Of a DNA stretch of 64,000 nt, positions 21,931 to 33,484 are shown in pieces. Origin of the DNA: an uncultured Chloroflexia bacterium. GTDB taxonomy: Bacteria; Chloroflexota; Limnocylindria; Limnocylindrales; CSP1-4. The translations under genes and the position numbers were made by a program. The stretch spans positions 241,964 through 305,963 of the forward strand of contig CAVONF010000005.1 of NCBI GenBank assembly GCA_963697275.1, given 5' to 3'. Under the pieces are notes generated by a model that saw nothing but the letters and a program-made list of their open reading frames with translations, ran no database searches and was not told where the DNA came from. Within the stretch, counting starts at the first letter, position 1, and each line of letters opens with the position of its first letter.

Positions 21931-22076
21931 AAGATGGTTTAACGAGCTCTTCATCCGGCGTGGCGTAGTACGTGTGCGTGGTCCCTGGACCACGGGGCTC
22001 CATCCTCTGCCCCACATCCCCCCAAAGAAGCCTTGGCGATCGCAACGCGGTCGTCCAGGGGTGACAAGGAGCTCAC

Positions 22077-23282
22077 ATGAGATCTCGTACTGCTATCTCG
22101 GTGTTGGGACCGCCGCCCTGGTGGCCGCCCTCGCGGCGCCCGTAGGTGCTCAAGGGCCGACCATCGAAACGCTCGCCGAGGACCTGGCGGCCCCGAGGGG
22201 CATCACCATCGGACCGGATGGTGCGGTGTACGTCGTCGAGGCTGGCGCTGGCGGCGACACTTGCATGGACACCGGCGCCAGCGAGGGCCCGCAGCCCGGC
22301 CAGATGTGCTACGGCCCCACCGGTGCCGTGACACGCATCGCTGATGGAACCGTTGAGAAGGTCATCGACGGGCTGATCTCGGCAGGTTCCGGCCCGGAGG
22401 TGGGCGGCGTGTCCGACATCTCCTTCATCGACGACCAGACCTTCTACGTCATCGCCAACCTCGGCGGCGACCCCGCATCTCGGGCCGACCTGCCGCCGGA
22501 GATGGCCGATCTGGCCGGCCGGCTGCTCCGAGGGAACCTCGACGGCAGCATCGAGACGGTCGCCGACGTGGCTGCCTTCGAGACGGACAACAACCCCAAT
22601 TCGGCCGACCTGGGCAGCGAGCTCGACTCCAACCCCTACTCGGTGGCGACCATCGACGGTGGCGCCGTCGTCGCCGATGCCGGCGGCAACGACCTGCTCA
22701 TGGTCGACGACAGCGGTGCGGTCTCACTGGTCGCCGTGTTCCCCTCGCGCCAGTTCGAGTTCCCCAACGAACTGCTCGCAGCCATGGGTGGGGCCCCGGA
22801 GGGTGAGGGTCCGCCCCCCGGTGATGAGGCACCCGCCGAGGGTGGCACGACGTCCATTCCCGTCCAGGCCGTGCCCACCTCGGTGGTCGTGGGCCCCGAT
22901 GGCGCCTACTACGTGGGCCAGCTCACCGGTGGTCCGTTCCCGGTCGGCGGTGCCTCGGTATGGCGTGTCTCGGCCGACGGCGAGGTCACCGAGTACGCCA
23001 CTGGCTTCACCAACATCATCGATCTCGGCTTCGGGCCGGACGGCACGCTCTACGTGGCCGAGCTCGACCATGCCGGGCTGATGGACTTCTTCGGTGCAGG
23101 CAACGCTCCGGTGGGAGCGGTCCTCAGCGTCCCACCGGGCGGCGGGGAGGCCCAGGTGGTGGTCAGCGACGAGCGCGTCATGGCCCCTGGTGGCCTCACG
23201 GTCGGAGACGACGGGGCCGTCTACGTCTCGACCGGCACACTCATGCCCGGCGCCGGAGCGGTCGTCAAGATCGACCCCGTAG
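22077..23282 (+). CDS. ScyD/ScyE-family secreted protein, paralog 2 (frameshifts at both ends)
   Basis: AAGGAG SD, APRGI, YVVEAG, DSNPY, ADAGGN, VPTSVVVGPDG. Collinear with paralog 1. Confidence 0.85.
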
Positions 23283-23305
23283 CGCCTCCGCGCTTCGGCA
23301 CTACC

Positions 23306-23338
23306 GGGACGGCTCGCCCAGCCCTGGGCGGGCCGTCC
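23306..23338. terminator. Hairpin between convergent genes
   Basis: GGACGGCTCGCCCAG-cc-CTGGGCGGGCCGTCC. Confidence 0.65.
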
Positions 23339-23355
23339 TTCCGATCGGCGGCTGC

Positions 23356-24228
23356 TCAGGTGCTCTCGACCTCTCCAGCGGATGCGAGGTGGCGGAAGTT
23401 CGGCCACAGCGAGAGGTCGATGTGCGGTGCGAAGGTCAATAGCAGCCTGACATCCTCGGCCAGGGAATCGACCAGGTCGGGTGGCTCATCGAGCACGGCC
23501 GGCGAGGGCCGCTTGCGGCTGACGTTGACCCGCTTGCCCAGGATCTCCGGGTCCGGCAGCCAGTCGGGCAGGCCCAGGAACTCGAGCGTGCGCCGGTACT
23601 CGCCGGCTGGGTCCATGAGGCACTGCTCGAACTGCAGGATGAGCAGCTGCTCCCGGCCGAAGGCCTCGATGTAGGGACGCAGGGCGAAGCCGTAGAAGGA
23701 GCGGGCGTAGGCATCCTTGCGGCCGGCCCACAGGTTGAGGCGCTTGCCGCGGAGCTCCTTGCGCTTCTGCCACTGACCCACGCCGGAGCGATAGCGCTCC
23801 ACCGGGTCGCGCAGCAGGACCAGCAGCTTGGCGTCCGGCGCAAGGGCCTTCATCGTGTCGGAGACGCCGGGGACGCTCATGTAGCGAGGCGTCCACTCGC
23901 CGGCCAGTTTGCCCTCCGGTCGCGGGAAGTAGCGGTAGTAGGACTCGCGGTCCTTCTCGAACATCGGCCGCCAGCCCAGGCGGCTGAGCTGGTGGGTCTC
24001 CTTCAGTTCCCCGACCACGTCGGGGTGCCGGGCGATGAGCTTCCACCAGCGCGTCGTGCCGGCCTTCTGGACGCCGATGCCGATGTAGTCGGGCGGCCCG
24101 ATGGTCCAGCCTCGGGGGATCGGCGGCGGCTCCTTGCCGGCTGCCGTGCGGGGTTTGCCGGTGGGCTTCCTGCCGCCCGCCCGTGCGCCGGGTCGGATGA
24201 GGCGCCTGAGGCGTCGAGCCAGGCTCAT
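23356..24228 (-). CDS. Sulfotransferase family protein
   Basis: 5'-PSB loop GVQKAGTT, GEWTPRY, 3'-PB motif LLRDPVERYRS. Confidence 0.88.
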   Translation of the reverse strand: MSLARRLRRLIRPGARAGGRKPTGKPRTAAGKEPPPIPRGWTIGPPDYIGIGVQKAGTTRWWKLIARHPDVVGELKETHQLSRLGWRPMFEKDRESYYRYFPRPEGKLAGEWTPRYMSVPGVSDTMKALAPDAKLLVLLRDPVERYRSGVGQWQKRKELRGKRLNLWAGRKDAYARSFYGFALRPYIEAFGREQLLILQFEQCLMDPAGEYRRTLEFLGLPDWLPDPEILGKRVNVSRKRPSPAVLDEPPDLVDSLAEDVRLLLTFAPHIDLSLWPNFRHLASAGEVEST

Positions 24229-24342
24229 CGAGCGGGTCCGGGCCGACGCTTGGCCATGTCGATCCCTCGGTGTCGGCGGCGGGTTTCCATGGCCCGGAGT
24301 GTGCCACGACGCGGGTCGGGCGTGCCGCCCTAGACTGACGCG

Positions 24343-25632
24343 GTGATGCGACGAGTCCGTTCCGTCCTCGGGTTGTTCGGGCGCTACCCGGACTTCTCAC
24401 GCCTGTACGCCGCCCTGCTGGTGGGCTTCGCTGCCGACTGGTTCGCCACCGTGGCCCTCGTCGACCTGGTCCTCGACACGACCGACTCCGCGCTCGCGGC
24501 GGCGTTCATCCTGGTGCTTCAGTCCGCTCCCTTCCTGCTGGCCACGCCGGTGGCAGGCATGCTGGCTGACCGCCTTGATCGGCGCAAGCTGCTCGTGACC
24601 GCCAGCGTCGCGCGCGGCCTGGTCTGCTTCGGCCTGCTCCTGGCGGTGGACGCGGACACCGTCTGGATCGCCTTCGCCGTGGTCGCCCTGCTGTCCCTCT
24701 CCGCGGCCTTCTTCGAGCCCACGGTCTCCGCCTCGCTGCCCAACCTGGTCGACCGCGAAGACCTGCCCACGGCCAACGCCCTCCTGGCCGCCGCTTGGGG
24801 CACCATGGTCGCAGTGGGTGCTGCCGTGGGCGGCGTCGTGGCGGCGACGGTCGGCCGGGAGGCCACGTTCATGGTCTACCCGGCGCTCTTCTTCCTCTCT
24901 GCCGGCCTGACCTGGACCGTTCGCCGCTCGCTGCGTGAGTCGGATATCCCGCCCACGGCCGAGGACGCGCCGCTCGGCCTGCGTGGGCTGCGCTCGACGC
25001 TGAGCGTCACCTGGGACCTGGCCCGCAGCGACCGCGCCATCTCCTCGTTGCTGCTCACCAAGGTGACCTTCGGGGTCGCCGTCGGCATCATCGGCATGCT
25101 GGCCATCACCAGCGACCAGATCTGGGGTGCCGGAGAGCTCGGTGTCGGGCTGCTCTTCGCGGCTCGTGGTCTGGGCGCCCTCGTGGGACCCTTCGCCGCA
25201 AGACGCTTCGCCACCGATGACCGCGCCCGCATCCTCCACGGCATCGGCATCGCCTTGCTGGTCTTCTTCGGCGGCTATGCGCTGCTGCCGCTGTCGCCAG
25301 GGATCGTCGTGGCCGCGTTCTTCGTGTTCGTGGGCCATCTCGGCGGCGGGGCACAGTGGACCCTCTCCACCTTCGGGCTGCAGCGAGCCTCTCCGGATCG
25401 CATCCGTGGCCGGGTGCTCTCGGTCGACTTCGGCATGGCGCTGGCGGCCTCGTCCCTGTCCACGCTGCTGGCGGGCTGGCTGGCCGGCGTCATCGGGCCA
25501 TTGCCAACGCTGTACGTGATGCTCTCCCTGCTGGGCCTGAGCGGTGGCATCTGGTACCTGTGGACGCGGCCGATCCGCTCTCGACCGGCCACGCTCGAAG
25601 CGACCCCCCAGTCCGTCGAGGTGGCCGGATGA
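24343..25632 (+). CDS. MFS transporter
   Basis: About 12 TM, GMLADRLDRRK motif A, RGRVLS. TAGACT lies 6 nt before the GTG. Confidence 0.92.
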   Translation: MMRRVRSVLGLFGRYPDFSRLYAALLVGFAADWFATVALVDLVLDTTDSALAAAFILVLQSAPFLLATPVAGMLADRLDRRKLLVTASVARGLVCFGLLLAVDADTVWIAFAVVALLSLSAAFFEPTVSASLPNLVDREDLPTANALLAAAWGTMVAVGAAVGGVVAATVGREATFMVYPALFFLSAGLTWTVRRSLRESDIPPTAEDAPLGLRGLRSTLSVTWDLARSDRAISSLLLTKVTFGVAVGIIGMLAITSDQIWGAGELGVGLLFAARGLGALVGPFAARRFATDDRARILHGIGIALLVFFGGYALLPLSPGIVVAAFFVFVGHLGGGAQWTLSTFGLQRASPDRIRGRVLSVDFGMALAASSLSTLLAGWLAGVIGPLPTLYVMLSLLGLSGGIWYLWTRPIRSRPATLEATPQSVEVAG

Positions 25633-25657
25633 GGCGCCGTCCGCGGTGCTGCCAGTG

Positions 25658-26494
25658 CTAGCCGGGCAGATCGCGCCGCTCGAAGGCCAGCACGGCGGCT
25701 GCCGACGGCACCGTGGTGAGGGCCACCAGGATGACGATGGAGCCCCAGTCGGCACCGTTGGCCAGAGGATCCGAGCCGTTGTAGTGGTACCACGGTGAGA
25801 GGCGGCTGAGGGCCTCGAGCGACCCTGCCAGTGGCAGGAACGAGGCCACGATGTAGACCACGAACGCGACCGCTGCGGCCAGCAGCATGCCCACCATGCG
25901 CCGGCCCGTGAGTACGGCGATGAGCATGGCCAGGCCCCCGGTGGCGGCGCACAGCAGCGCCATGTGGAGCGTGATGGCAGCCAGGTTGGCGGCCGGGACG
26001 GGCAGGTCGCCGATGATGATGCCCAGCCAGGTGCCCGCGGCCATGAGCAGTGAGGCCAGCGCGACATGAACGAGCATCGCCACGGCCTTGTCTACCCCGA
26101 TGCGCCGACGGCTGACCGGGTTGGCCACGAGCAGCCCGACCGACCGGGCCTCCATCTCCCCCGCGAAGGCCTTGGCGCCCGAGGCGATGGCCACGTAGAT
26201 GACGACCGCGGGTGCCATGATCGAGAACATCTCGCCGCTGATGAAGCCGGCCGGCGTGGTCATGTCAACGCCGCCGACCATGGCCACGAGCTCCGGGGGC
26301 ATCAGCTCCATGAAGTCGAGGAGGCTGCCCCGGACCGACGTGTACATCGGTCCCAGCACCATGCCCATGAAACCCAGGAACGCGCCGGTCAGCAGCGCCA
26401 GCGGCGTGCGGTCGGCCACGCTCTTGGTGAACGTGTTGGCCAGGGCGATGCGCTGGTGCGGGCGTGCCCCGAGGACGCTGTGCTCGGTGGTCAC
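25658..26494 (-). CDS. ABC-2 type exporter permease
   Basis: AGEME...LLVANPVSRRR, LSPWYHY, FERRDL. Confidence 0.88.
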   Translation of the reverse strand: MTTEHSVLGARPHQRIALANTFTKSVADRTPLALLTGAFLGFMGMVLGPMYTSVRGSLLDFMELMPPELVAMVGGVDMTTPAGFISGEMFSIMAPAVVIYVAIASGAKAFAGEMEARSVGLLVANPVSRRRIGVDKAVAMLVHVALASLLMAAGTWLGIIIGDLPVPAANLAAITLHMALLCAATGGLAMLIAVLTGRRMVGMLLAAAVAFVVYIVASFLPLAGSLEALSRLSPWYHYNGSDPLANGADWGSIVILVALTTVPSAAAVLAFERRDLPG

Positions 26495-26498
26495 ATCG

Positions 26499-27284
26499 TC
26501 ACCCCTTCAGGTCCCGCCGTCGCAGCCCCACCACGCTGACGCCGAAGAACGCGGCCGCCAGCGCCAGGGTAAGCGCCAGGAGCACGATGTCGACGCCGCC
26601 GTGCAGGGGGTCAGCGCCGACGTAGAGGTGCCAGGGTGAGTACCGCGCGAGGTCGGAGAGGCCCTCGACGACCGGGAGCCAGGTCGAGGCCACGTAGGAG
26701 AGCACACCCACGAGCGCGGCCACGCCGATGCCGATGGTCGATGAGCCCGTCCAGGCTGCCGCGGCGAGCGCGAGGGAGCCGAACAGCACGGCGAACGCTG
26801 CCAGATGGATGCTGGCGGCGAGGATATCCTGGCTGCTCAGGTCGATGCCCACGAGGCCGGCCATGACCTCGATGCCCAGCCACAGCATCGCCACGATGAG
26901 CACGGCGCCCGCCGCGGCCACGAGCGCCTTGGTCACCAGTACGCGCGTCCGGCTCAGCGGGTTGGCCAGCAGCAACGGCAGCGTCCTCGCCTCTTCCTCG
27001 CCCACGGCGGCGCTGCTGCCCATGCCGATGGCATAGACGAGCAGCACCAGCGGCCCCATCAGCGTGAACAGCGCGGTCCCGACGAGTCCGGCCACGCTGC
27101 TGGCGTCATCGCCGTACACGACGGCGATCCAGTCAGGCATGGACTCGAAGAGGTTGATGTACTCATCTCCGAACGAGGAGTAGGCCGGCAGCGCGATGAC
27201 GATGAGCACCAGCAGCACCACGATGGCACTGACCGTCCACAGTGCGGCGTCGCGGATGCTCTTGGTGGTGATGCCGGCCAGCAT
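26499..27284 (-). CDS. ABC-2 type exporter permease
   Basis: VGEEEARTLPLLLANPLSR, YSPWHLY, RRRDL. Confidence 0.88.
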   Translation of the reverse strand: MLAGITTKSIRDAALWTVSAIVVLLVLIVIALPAYSSFGDEYINLFESMPDWIAVVYGDDASSVAGLVGTALFTLMGPLVLLVYAIGMGSSAAVGEEEARTLPLLLANPLSRTRVLVTKALVAAAGAVLIVAMLWLGIEVMAGLVGIDLSSQDILAASIHLAAFAVLFGSLALAAAAWTGSSTIGIGVAALVGVLSYVASTWLPVVEGLSDLARYSPWHLYVGADPLHGGVDIVLLALTLALAAAFFGVSVVGLRRRDLKG

Positions 27285-27287
27285 GGA

Positions 27288-28218
<931 letters not shown>

Positions 28219-28584
28219 TCTGTGCCTCCCTGTCGGGGTCCTGCCAACTGCCGAAGGCATCCACTCGACGGGCACTGCGGCCCGCCGTCACGCACCCCCG
28301 TTCCGGGATGACGCCGTTGGTACAGCGGGGTTCGGTCCAAGTGGCTCTGGGGGCTCGTCCGTCTGCGCTCCCCGCGCTCTGCCGGCGGGCTATGCTGCAG
28401 GGCGCCGATGCCCCGCTGGACCCTCCCGAGTCAGAGCCCCGCCAGGGCCAGGACCGCCTGCCCATGACCACGGGAGGCTACGGCACCGCCGGGCCCATCC
28501 TGCCTGGTCGCCGGCCGGGCGACCGGCGGGTCCGCGTCGGACGCGAGAAGCCCCGGGAGTACCAGGTGGCTGCCTCCCAGGCGC

Positions 28585-29916
28585 GTGCGTCGGCCGCCCT
28601 CGCCGGCCTTCGTGCTGGTGCGCGGCTTCGCCATCCTCATCGCGGTGGGGACCGTGCTGCTCATGCTCCCCATCGCCTCGCGCTCGGGTGACTGGACCTC
28701 CGCCATCGACGCGCTCTTCACCGCGACATCGGCCGTCTGTGTGACCGGCCTGGTCGTCCTCGACACGGGCACCTACTGGGGTCCCTTCGGCCAGCTGGTC
28801 ATTCTGGTGCTCATCCAGCTCGGTGGCCTCGGCTTCATGACCGCCTCCACCCTGCTGCTCTTCCTGCTCGTGGGACGCCGTACCGGCCTGCGCGACCGTG
28901 TACTCGTGCAGGCCTCGGTGGGGACGCCCGACCTGGCCAGCGCCACGGCCGTCCTGATTCGTGTGGCGCTCTTCACAGCCGTCCTCGAGATCGGCGGCTT
29001 CGTGCTCCTCTCGCTGGCCTTCCTGGGAGGCGGGCAGGACCTCCTGACCGCGCTGTGGTGGGGCCTCTTCCATGCCGTCTCGGCCTTCAACAACGCGGGC
29101 TTCGACATCGTCGGCAGCTTCCGGAGCTTCACCGGCTATGCCTCCGACCCCCTCGTCCTGGGTATCCTGGCCGCGCTCTTCGTCCTGGGTGGACTGGGCT
29201 TCGCCATCGTGGGTGATGCGGCCTACAAGCGGCGCTGGAGCCGCCTGGCCCTGGAGAGCAAGGTGGTCATCCTGACCACGCTCGTCCTGCTGCTCGGCGG
29301 GACCATCGTGATCGCCCTGCTCGAATGGTCCAACCCGGCCACGCTGGGTCCGCTCCCGCCGGCCGAGCGCATCTGGAATGCCGCCTTCACCTCAGCGACG
29401 GCGCGCACGGCGGGCTTCAACTCCATCGACACCGGAGCCCTGCTCCAGTCCTCGCTGGCGATCATCGCGGCGCTGATGTTCATCGGCGGGGCCTCGGGCT
29501 CGACGGCCGGTGGCATCAAGGTCAACACCTTCAGCGTGCTGCTCATCGCCATCGTCTCGGCCATCCGCGGTGACGCCATGGCCACGGCGTTCGGCCGACG
29601 AGTGCCGCACGAGATCGTCTACCGCGCCTTCGCCATCGCCCTGCTGGCCATCGCCGTCGTGTTCGTCATCACCGTCGGGCTGACGCTGACCACGGACGTC
29701 TCCCTGCTGGACCTGGCCTTCGAAGCCGTCTCTGCCTTCGGCACCGTGGGCCTCAGCACCGGTGTCACGCCGGATCTCTCACCGGCCGCACGACTGCTCC
29801 TGACGGTCACGATGTTCGCCGGTCGACTGGGACCGCTCACGCTCGTGCTGGCCCTCGCGGCGAGAGCCCGTCCGCTGCCCTACCAACCCGCCTCAGAAGC
29901 GTTGCGCATCGGTTGA
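28585..29916 (+). CDS. ktrB: TrkH/KtrB potassium uptake membrane subunit (start may be further upstream)
   Basis: ATSAVCVTGL, IQLGGLG, SAFNNAGF, RTAGFN, GSTAGGIK, SAFGTVGLS. Confidence 0.93.
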   Translation: MRRPPSPAFVLVRGFAILIAVGTVLLMLPIASRSGDWTSAIDALFTATSAVCVTGLVVLDTGTYWGPFGQLVILVLIQLGGLGFMTASTLLLFLLVGRRTGLRDRVLVQASVGTPDLASATAVLIRVALFTAVLEIGGFVLLSLAFLGGGQDLLTALWWGLFHAVSAFNNAGFDIVGSFRSFTGYASDPLVLGILAALFVLGGLGFAIVGDAAYKRRWSRLALESKVVILTTLVLLLGGTIVIALLEWSNPATLGPLPPAERIWNAAFTSATARTAGFNSIDTGALLQSSLAIIAALMFIGGASGSTAGGIKVNTFSVLLIAIVSAIRGDAMATAFGRRVPHEIVYRAFAIALLAIAVVFVITVGLTLTTDVSLLDLAFEAVSAFGTVGLSTGVTPDLSPAARLLLTVTMFAGRLGPLTLVLALAARARPLPYQPASEALRIG

Positions 29917-29935
29917 CCGGAAAGGAGTCGGAGAC

Positions 29936-30583
29936 ATGGGGACATCTGTCCTGGTGGTGGGCCTGGGTCGTTTCGGCACGGCCGCGGCCCTGGAGCTCAT
30001 GTCGTTGGGCCACGAGGTTCTCGCAGTGGACCACGACGCCACTCGCGTCAACCGCATCGCCCCACAGGTCACCCACGCCATGGAGCTCGATGCCAGCGAT
30101 GCCGCCAGCCTGAAGTCGATCGGGGCGGCGGACTTCGTGCACGCCATCGTCTCCATCACCGGTTCGCCGGAGACGAGCATCTTCGCCGTCATGGCGCTCA
30201 AGAACCTGGGCGTCAGGAATGTCATCGCCAACGCCGCCTCCGAGCTGCACGGCGCCATCCTGCAGAAGGTCGGAGCGGACCGGGTCGTCTACGCGGAGCG
30301 CGAGATGGGCAGCCGCATCAGCCACGTGCTGAGCGTTCCCTACGCGCTGGACTACCTCGACGTGGCACCCCATTTCGGCATCGTCAAGATCCAGCCCCCG
30401 GACCCGTATGTGGGTCAGACGCTGCTCCAGCTCGACCTCCCGGGACGCTTCGGCCTGACGCCGATCGCGCTCCGGCGTGGCAACAAGGTCACCGTCATCC
30501 CCAGTCGCGAGGAGATCATCCAGGCCACCGACGAGCTCATCCTGCTGGGCCGCGATGACCGCCTCGACGAGTTGGGTGGCTAG
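29936..30583 (+). CDS. ktrA: TrkA/KtrA RCK regulatory subunit
   Basis: VGLGRFG Rossmann motif, VGADRVV..EREMG, RCK-C domain. Confidence 0.92.
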   Translation: MGTSVLVVGLGRFGTAAALELMSLGHEVLAVDHDATRVNRIAPQVTHAMELDASDAASLKSIGAADFVHAIVSITGSPETSIFAVMALKNLGVRNVIANAASELHGAILQKVGADRVVYAEREMGSRISHVLSVPYALDYLDVAPHFGIVKIQPPDPYVGQTLLQLDLPGRFGLTPIALRRGNKVTVIPSREEIIQATDELILLGRDDRLDELGG

Positions 30584-30590
30584 CTCGAGC

Positions 30591-30944
30591 TCAGCAGGTC
30601 ACGTGCAGGATGGCCTGGACCTGGTCGTCGGGCACGTCAGCGAGCAACCGGCAGGCATCGCGCGTGGGCAGGGCCACGATCTCCACGCCGCGCCGCCTGG
30701 CCTCGGCGTAGACCTCGTCCATGATGGGCAGCTGACCTGAGGCGCCGGTGCCGACGATGAGGCGCCCGCCGGACCACGGGATCCGCTCCTCGGCCGACAG
30801 AGGTGTGTGGCCGAAGTCTGCCTGATAGCGCTTCGATGGCTTCTTGCTGCGCTTGCGCACGACCCCAGCGTCGATGACCAGGTCGTGGTCGTAACGGCGA
30901 CCTGCGACCTCGATCAGTCCGAAGCTGACGAGCCGTGCCTGCAT
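30591..30944 (-). CDS. Mth938-like domain protein
   Basis: SFG.I...G..Y.HD, LIVGTGASG, C-terminal LHVTC. Confidence 0.8.
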   Translation of the reverse strand: MQARLVSFGLIEVAGRRYDHDLVIDAGVVRKRSKKPSKRYQADFGHTPLSAEERIPWSGGRLIVGTGASGQLPIMDEVYAEARRRGVEIVALPTRDACRLLADVPDDQVQAILHVTC

Positions 30945-31007
30945 GCTCGATCGACCCCCGTGCCTATCCGGCCGAGTACCATGCCGGCGATGGCAGCACG
31001 CTGAGCT

Positions 31008-31083
31008 TGGCGCGCCCGGCGGGACTCGAACCCACGACCTTCTGCTCCGGAGGCAGACGCTCTATCCGCTGAGCTACGGGCGC
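31008..31083 (-). tRNA. tRNA-Arg(CCG)
   Basis: GCGCCCGTAGCTCAGCGGATAGAGCGTCTGCCT-CCG-GAGCAGAAGGTCGTGGGTTCGAGTCCCGCCGGGCGCGCCA. Confidence 0.97.
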
Positions 31084-31138
31084 AACGCATGGCGCCTCGT
31101 GCGCCACCACGGAAGTCTCGCGGTCGGACCGCGAACCG

Positions 31139-31420
31139 TCAACCGCACTCGGGCGCTGTGTCAACGGGCGCCGTGACGACGACCGTCCCCCGCATCGAGG
31201 GATGGAGGGCACAGAAGTAGTCGAAGGTGCCAGCGCTCTCGAAGCTCTGCGTGAACTCGGCGCCGGCTCCCATGCTCCCGGAGTCGATGGCCCCCGCCGT
31301 CGCGGTTACCGTGTGGTCGAAGGGGTCATCGTTGCGCCAGGCTACGGTCGCACCGACCGGCACCTCGATGCTCTCCGGCTGGAAGGTCAGGTCGATGATC
31401 AGGACCGCCCCGGCATGGTC
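31139..31420 (-). CDS. Cupredoxin (plastocyanin/amicyanin-like) domain; 5' end unclear or truncated
   Basis: [25 protein letters not shown]...DSG...[19 protein letters not shown] carries the H/C/H/M type-1 Cu ligands. Confidence 0.75.
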   Translation of the reverse strand, partial: DHAGAVLIIDLTFQPESIEVPVGATVAWRNDDPFDHTVTATAGAIDSGSMGAGAEFTQSFESAGTFDYFCALHPSMRGTVVVTAPVDTAPECG

Positions 31421-31479
31421 GGCCTCGGGGCCTCGGATCGCGGGTGGGCTCCTCTCAGAACCTGCAGTACAGTCCAGCC

Positions 31480-32886
31480 ATGAGTGACCAGACCGGCGGG
31501 ACCACCCGCACCGAGACCGATTCCATGGGCGCCGTCGAGGTCCCGGCCGACCGCTACTGGGGTGCCCAGACGCAGCGCTCGTTGCACCACTTCGCCATCG
31601 GTGATCCCCGAGCCGAGCGGATGCCCATCGAGATCGTCCACGCCATGGGCCTGCTCAAGCTGGCCTGTGCCCAGGTGAACCTGGCTGCGGGCCGCCTCCC
31701 CGGCGATATCGGTCCGCTCATCATCCGGGCTGCCGAGGAGGTCACGGGCGGGACGCTGGACGAGCATTTCCCGCTGTACATCTGGCAGACGGGCTCCGGC
31801 ACCCAGACCAACATGAACGCCAACGAGGTCATCTCGAACCGGGCCATCGAGCTGGCCGGCGGCGCCCTGGGCAGCAAGAAGCCGGTGCACCCCAACGACC
31901 ACGTCAACATGGCGCAGTCGTCCAACGACACCTTCCCTACCGCCATGCACATCGCCATCGCCTCGCTCGTGCAGGGCAGCCTGCTGCCCTCGGTCACACG
32001 CCTGCGTGATGCGCTGGCGGGGCGTGCCCGCGAGTTCGACGACATCGTCAAGATCGGGCGGACGCACCTGCAGGACGCGGTGCCCTTGACGCTGGGTCAG
32101 GAGTTCAGCGGCTACGTGGCGCAGCTGGATGCCGGCATCGAGCGCCTGCACGCCGTCCAGCCGGGTCTCTACGAGCTGGCCATCGGCGGCACGGCCGTGG
32201 GCACCGGCCTGAACGCACCGGCCGGCTTCGGCGAGGCGGTCGCGGCCGGCATCGCCGACCTGTCCGGACTGCCGTTCGTGAGTGCCCCCAACAAGTTCGC
32301 GGCGCTGGCGGCACACGACGCGGTCGTCTTCGCCAGCGGCGCGCTGGCCACGCTGGCCGCGAGCCTCACCAAGATCGCCAATGACCTGCGCTGGCTGGCC
32401 AGCGGTCCGCGCTCCGGCCTCGGTGAGCTGTCGCTCCCGGAGAACGAACCGGGTTCGTCGATCATGCCCGGCAAGGTGAACCCCACGCAGGCCGAGGCCA
32501 TGACCATGGTCGCGGCACAGGTCTACGGCAATGACGCCGCTGTGAAGTTCGCCGGCTCGCAGGGCAACTTCGAGCTCAACGTCTACAAGCCGGTCCTGGC
32601 CGCCAACGTCATCCGCTCGACCCGACTTCTGGCCGACGCCTGCGACAGCTTCCGCGAATTCGCGGTGGAGGGGCTGACGGTAAACCGCGAACGCATCGCC
32701 GAGTTGGTGGCCCGCTCGCTCATGCTGGTCACGGCGCTCAGTCCCAGGATCGGCTATGACCGCGCCGCCGAAGTGGCCAAGAAGGCCCATCACGACGGCT
32801 CCACACTCAAGGAGGCCGCCCTGGCCCTGGGGTACGTCAGTGCCGACGAGTTCGACGAGCTGGTGCGCCCGGAGCGCATGGTCTAG
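31480..32886 (+). CDS. fumC: Class II fumarate hydratase
   Basis: [39 protein letters not shown]. Confidence 0.97.
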   Translation: MSDQTGGTTRTETDSMGAVEVPADRYWGAQTQRSLHHFAIGDPRAERMPIEIVHAMGLLKLACAQVNLAAGRLPGDIGPLIIRAAEEVTGGTLDEHFPLYIWQTGSGTQTNMNANEVISNRAIELAGGALGSKKPVHPNDHVNMAQSSNDTFPTAMHIAIASLVQGSLLPSVTRLRDALAGRAREFDDIVKIGRTHLQDAVPLTLGQEFSGYVAQLDAGIERLHAVQPGLYELAIGGTAVGTGLNAPAGFGEAVAAGIADLSGLPFVSAPNKFAALAAHDAVVFASGALATLAASLTKIANDLRWLASGPRSGLGELSLPENEPGSSIMPGKVNPTQAEAMTMVAAQVYGNDAAVKFAGSQGNFELNVYKPVLAANVIRSTRLLADACDSFREFAVEGLTVNRERIAELVARSLMLVTALSPRIGYDRAAEVAKKAHHDGSTLKEAALALGYVSADEFDELVRPERMV

Positions 32887-32945
32887 GTCCAGGGCCGGCG
32901 GTGCGCCTTGGGGTCCGTCCGGCCTGAGGCCACTCGACCCCCCTG

Positions 32946-33100
32946 TGCCTGGCAGTCACGTGATCGACCGGATCGTCGGTCAGGTGCCGCCCACATGACT
33001 GCAGCGCACACTGTTGGTGTGGCGGCACGATCCCTGTTCCTGGCACGCACATCTGGTGCGATCCCGGGCCAGGGCACGCCGGTCATGTGACTGGTACGCA
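32946..33100. repeat. REP/BIME-like intergenic element, copy 2
   Basis: TGCCTGGCAGTCACGTGA ... TCATGTGACTGGTACGCA, 155 bp, with internal copies ending at 33008 and starting at 33037. Confidence 0.7.
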
Positions 33101-33316
33101 CGCGAGGCTTCTCAGGATGCCGGTCCCGGGCGCCACTGCTGAGACTCGCGGGCGCAGCGAGGTCGAAACGCCGGGACCAGGCCGGTACCGCGACGATGGC
33201 TCGTCCTGCTGGAGGCCAGCGGATGGGGACTGTCTCAAGGCCCGATCTCCTGGTGTCACGCGGTGCCGGCGGGCGGCTGTCGGGCGGTGCCATCCTGACA
33301 GGTCCCCGGAATCGAG

Positions 33317-33484
33317 GCGACCCCGCCGAAACGGGGTCGCTTTAACTGTCCCGGCTTGACCAGAAGTGAACTCCTGATCGTCTGCCACGTCGCAAGGGCA
33401 TCTATGACGCCGGCTTCACCGGCTACCCTAACCCAACCTACCCATGACCTTGCGCCTAGGTCAGTAGTGCTGTCGAGCAGCACG
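33317..33484 (-). ncRNA. Candidate structured small RNA (about 170 nt), family unknown
   Basis: TTGAGT-N18-TACTAT promoter (33520-33491), five consecutive hairpins, a G-rich linker, and a terminal 9-bp GC hairpin (33317-33340). Confidence 0.6.

Noticed and set aside
33424-33444. Telomere-like TTAGGG sequence
   Set aside because: It is a single copy within the G-rich tract, not an array.
33256-33483. 75-aa ORF over the sRNA candidate
   Set aside because: It has no recognisable motif and reads through a strong terminal hairpin. The hairpin density favours an RNA function. It is not fully excluded, because a leaderless start is possible.
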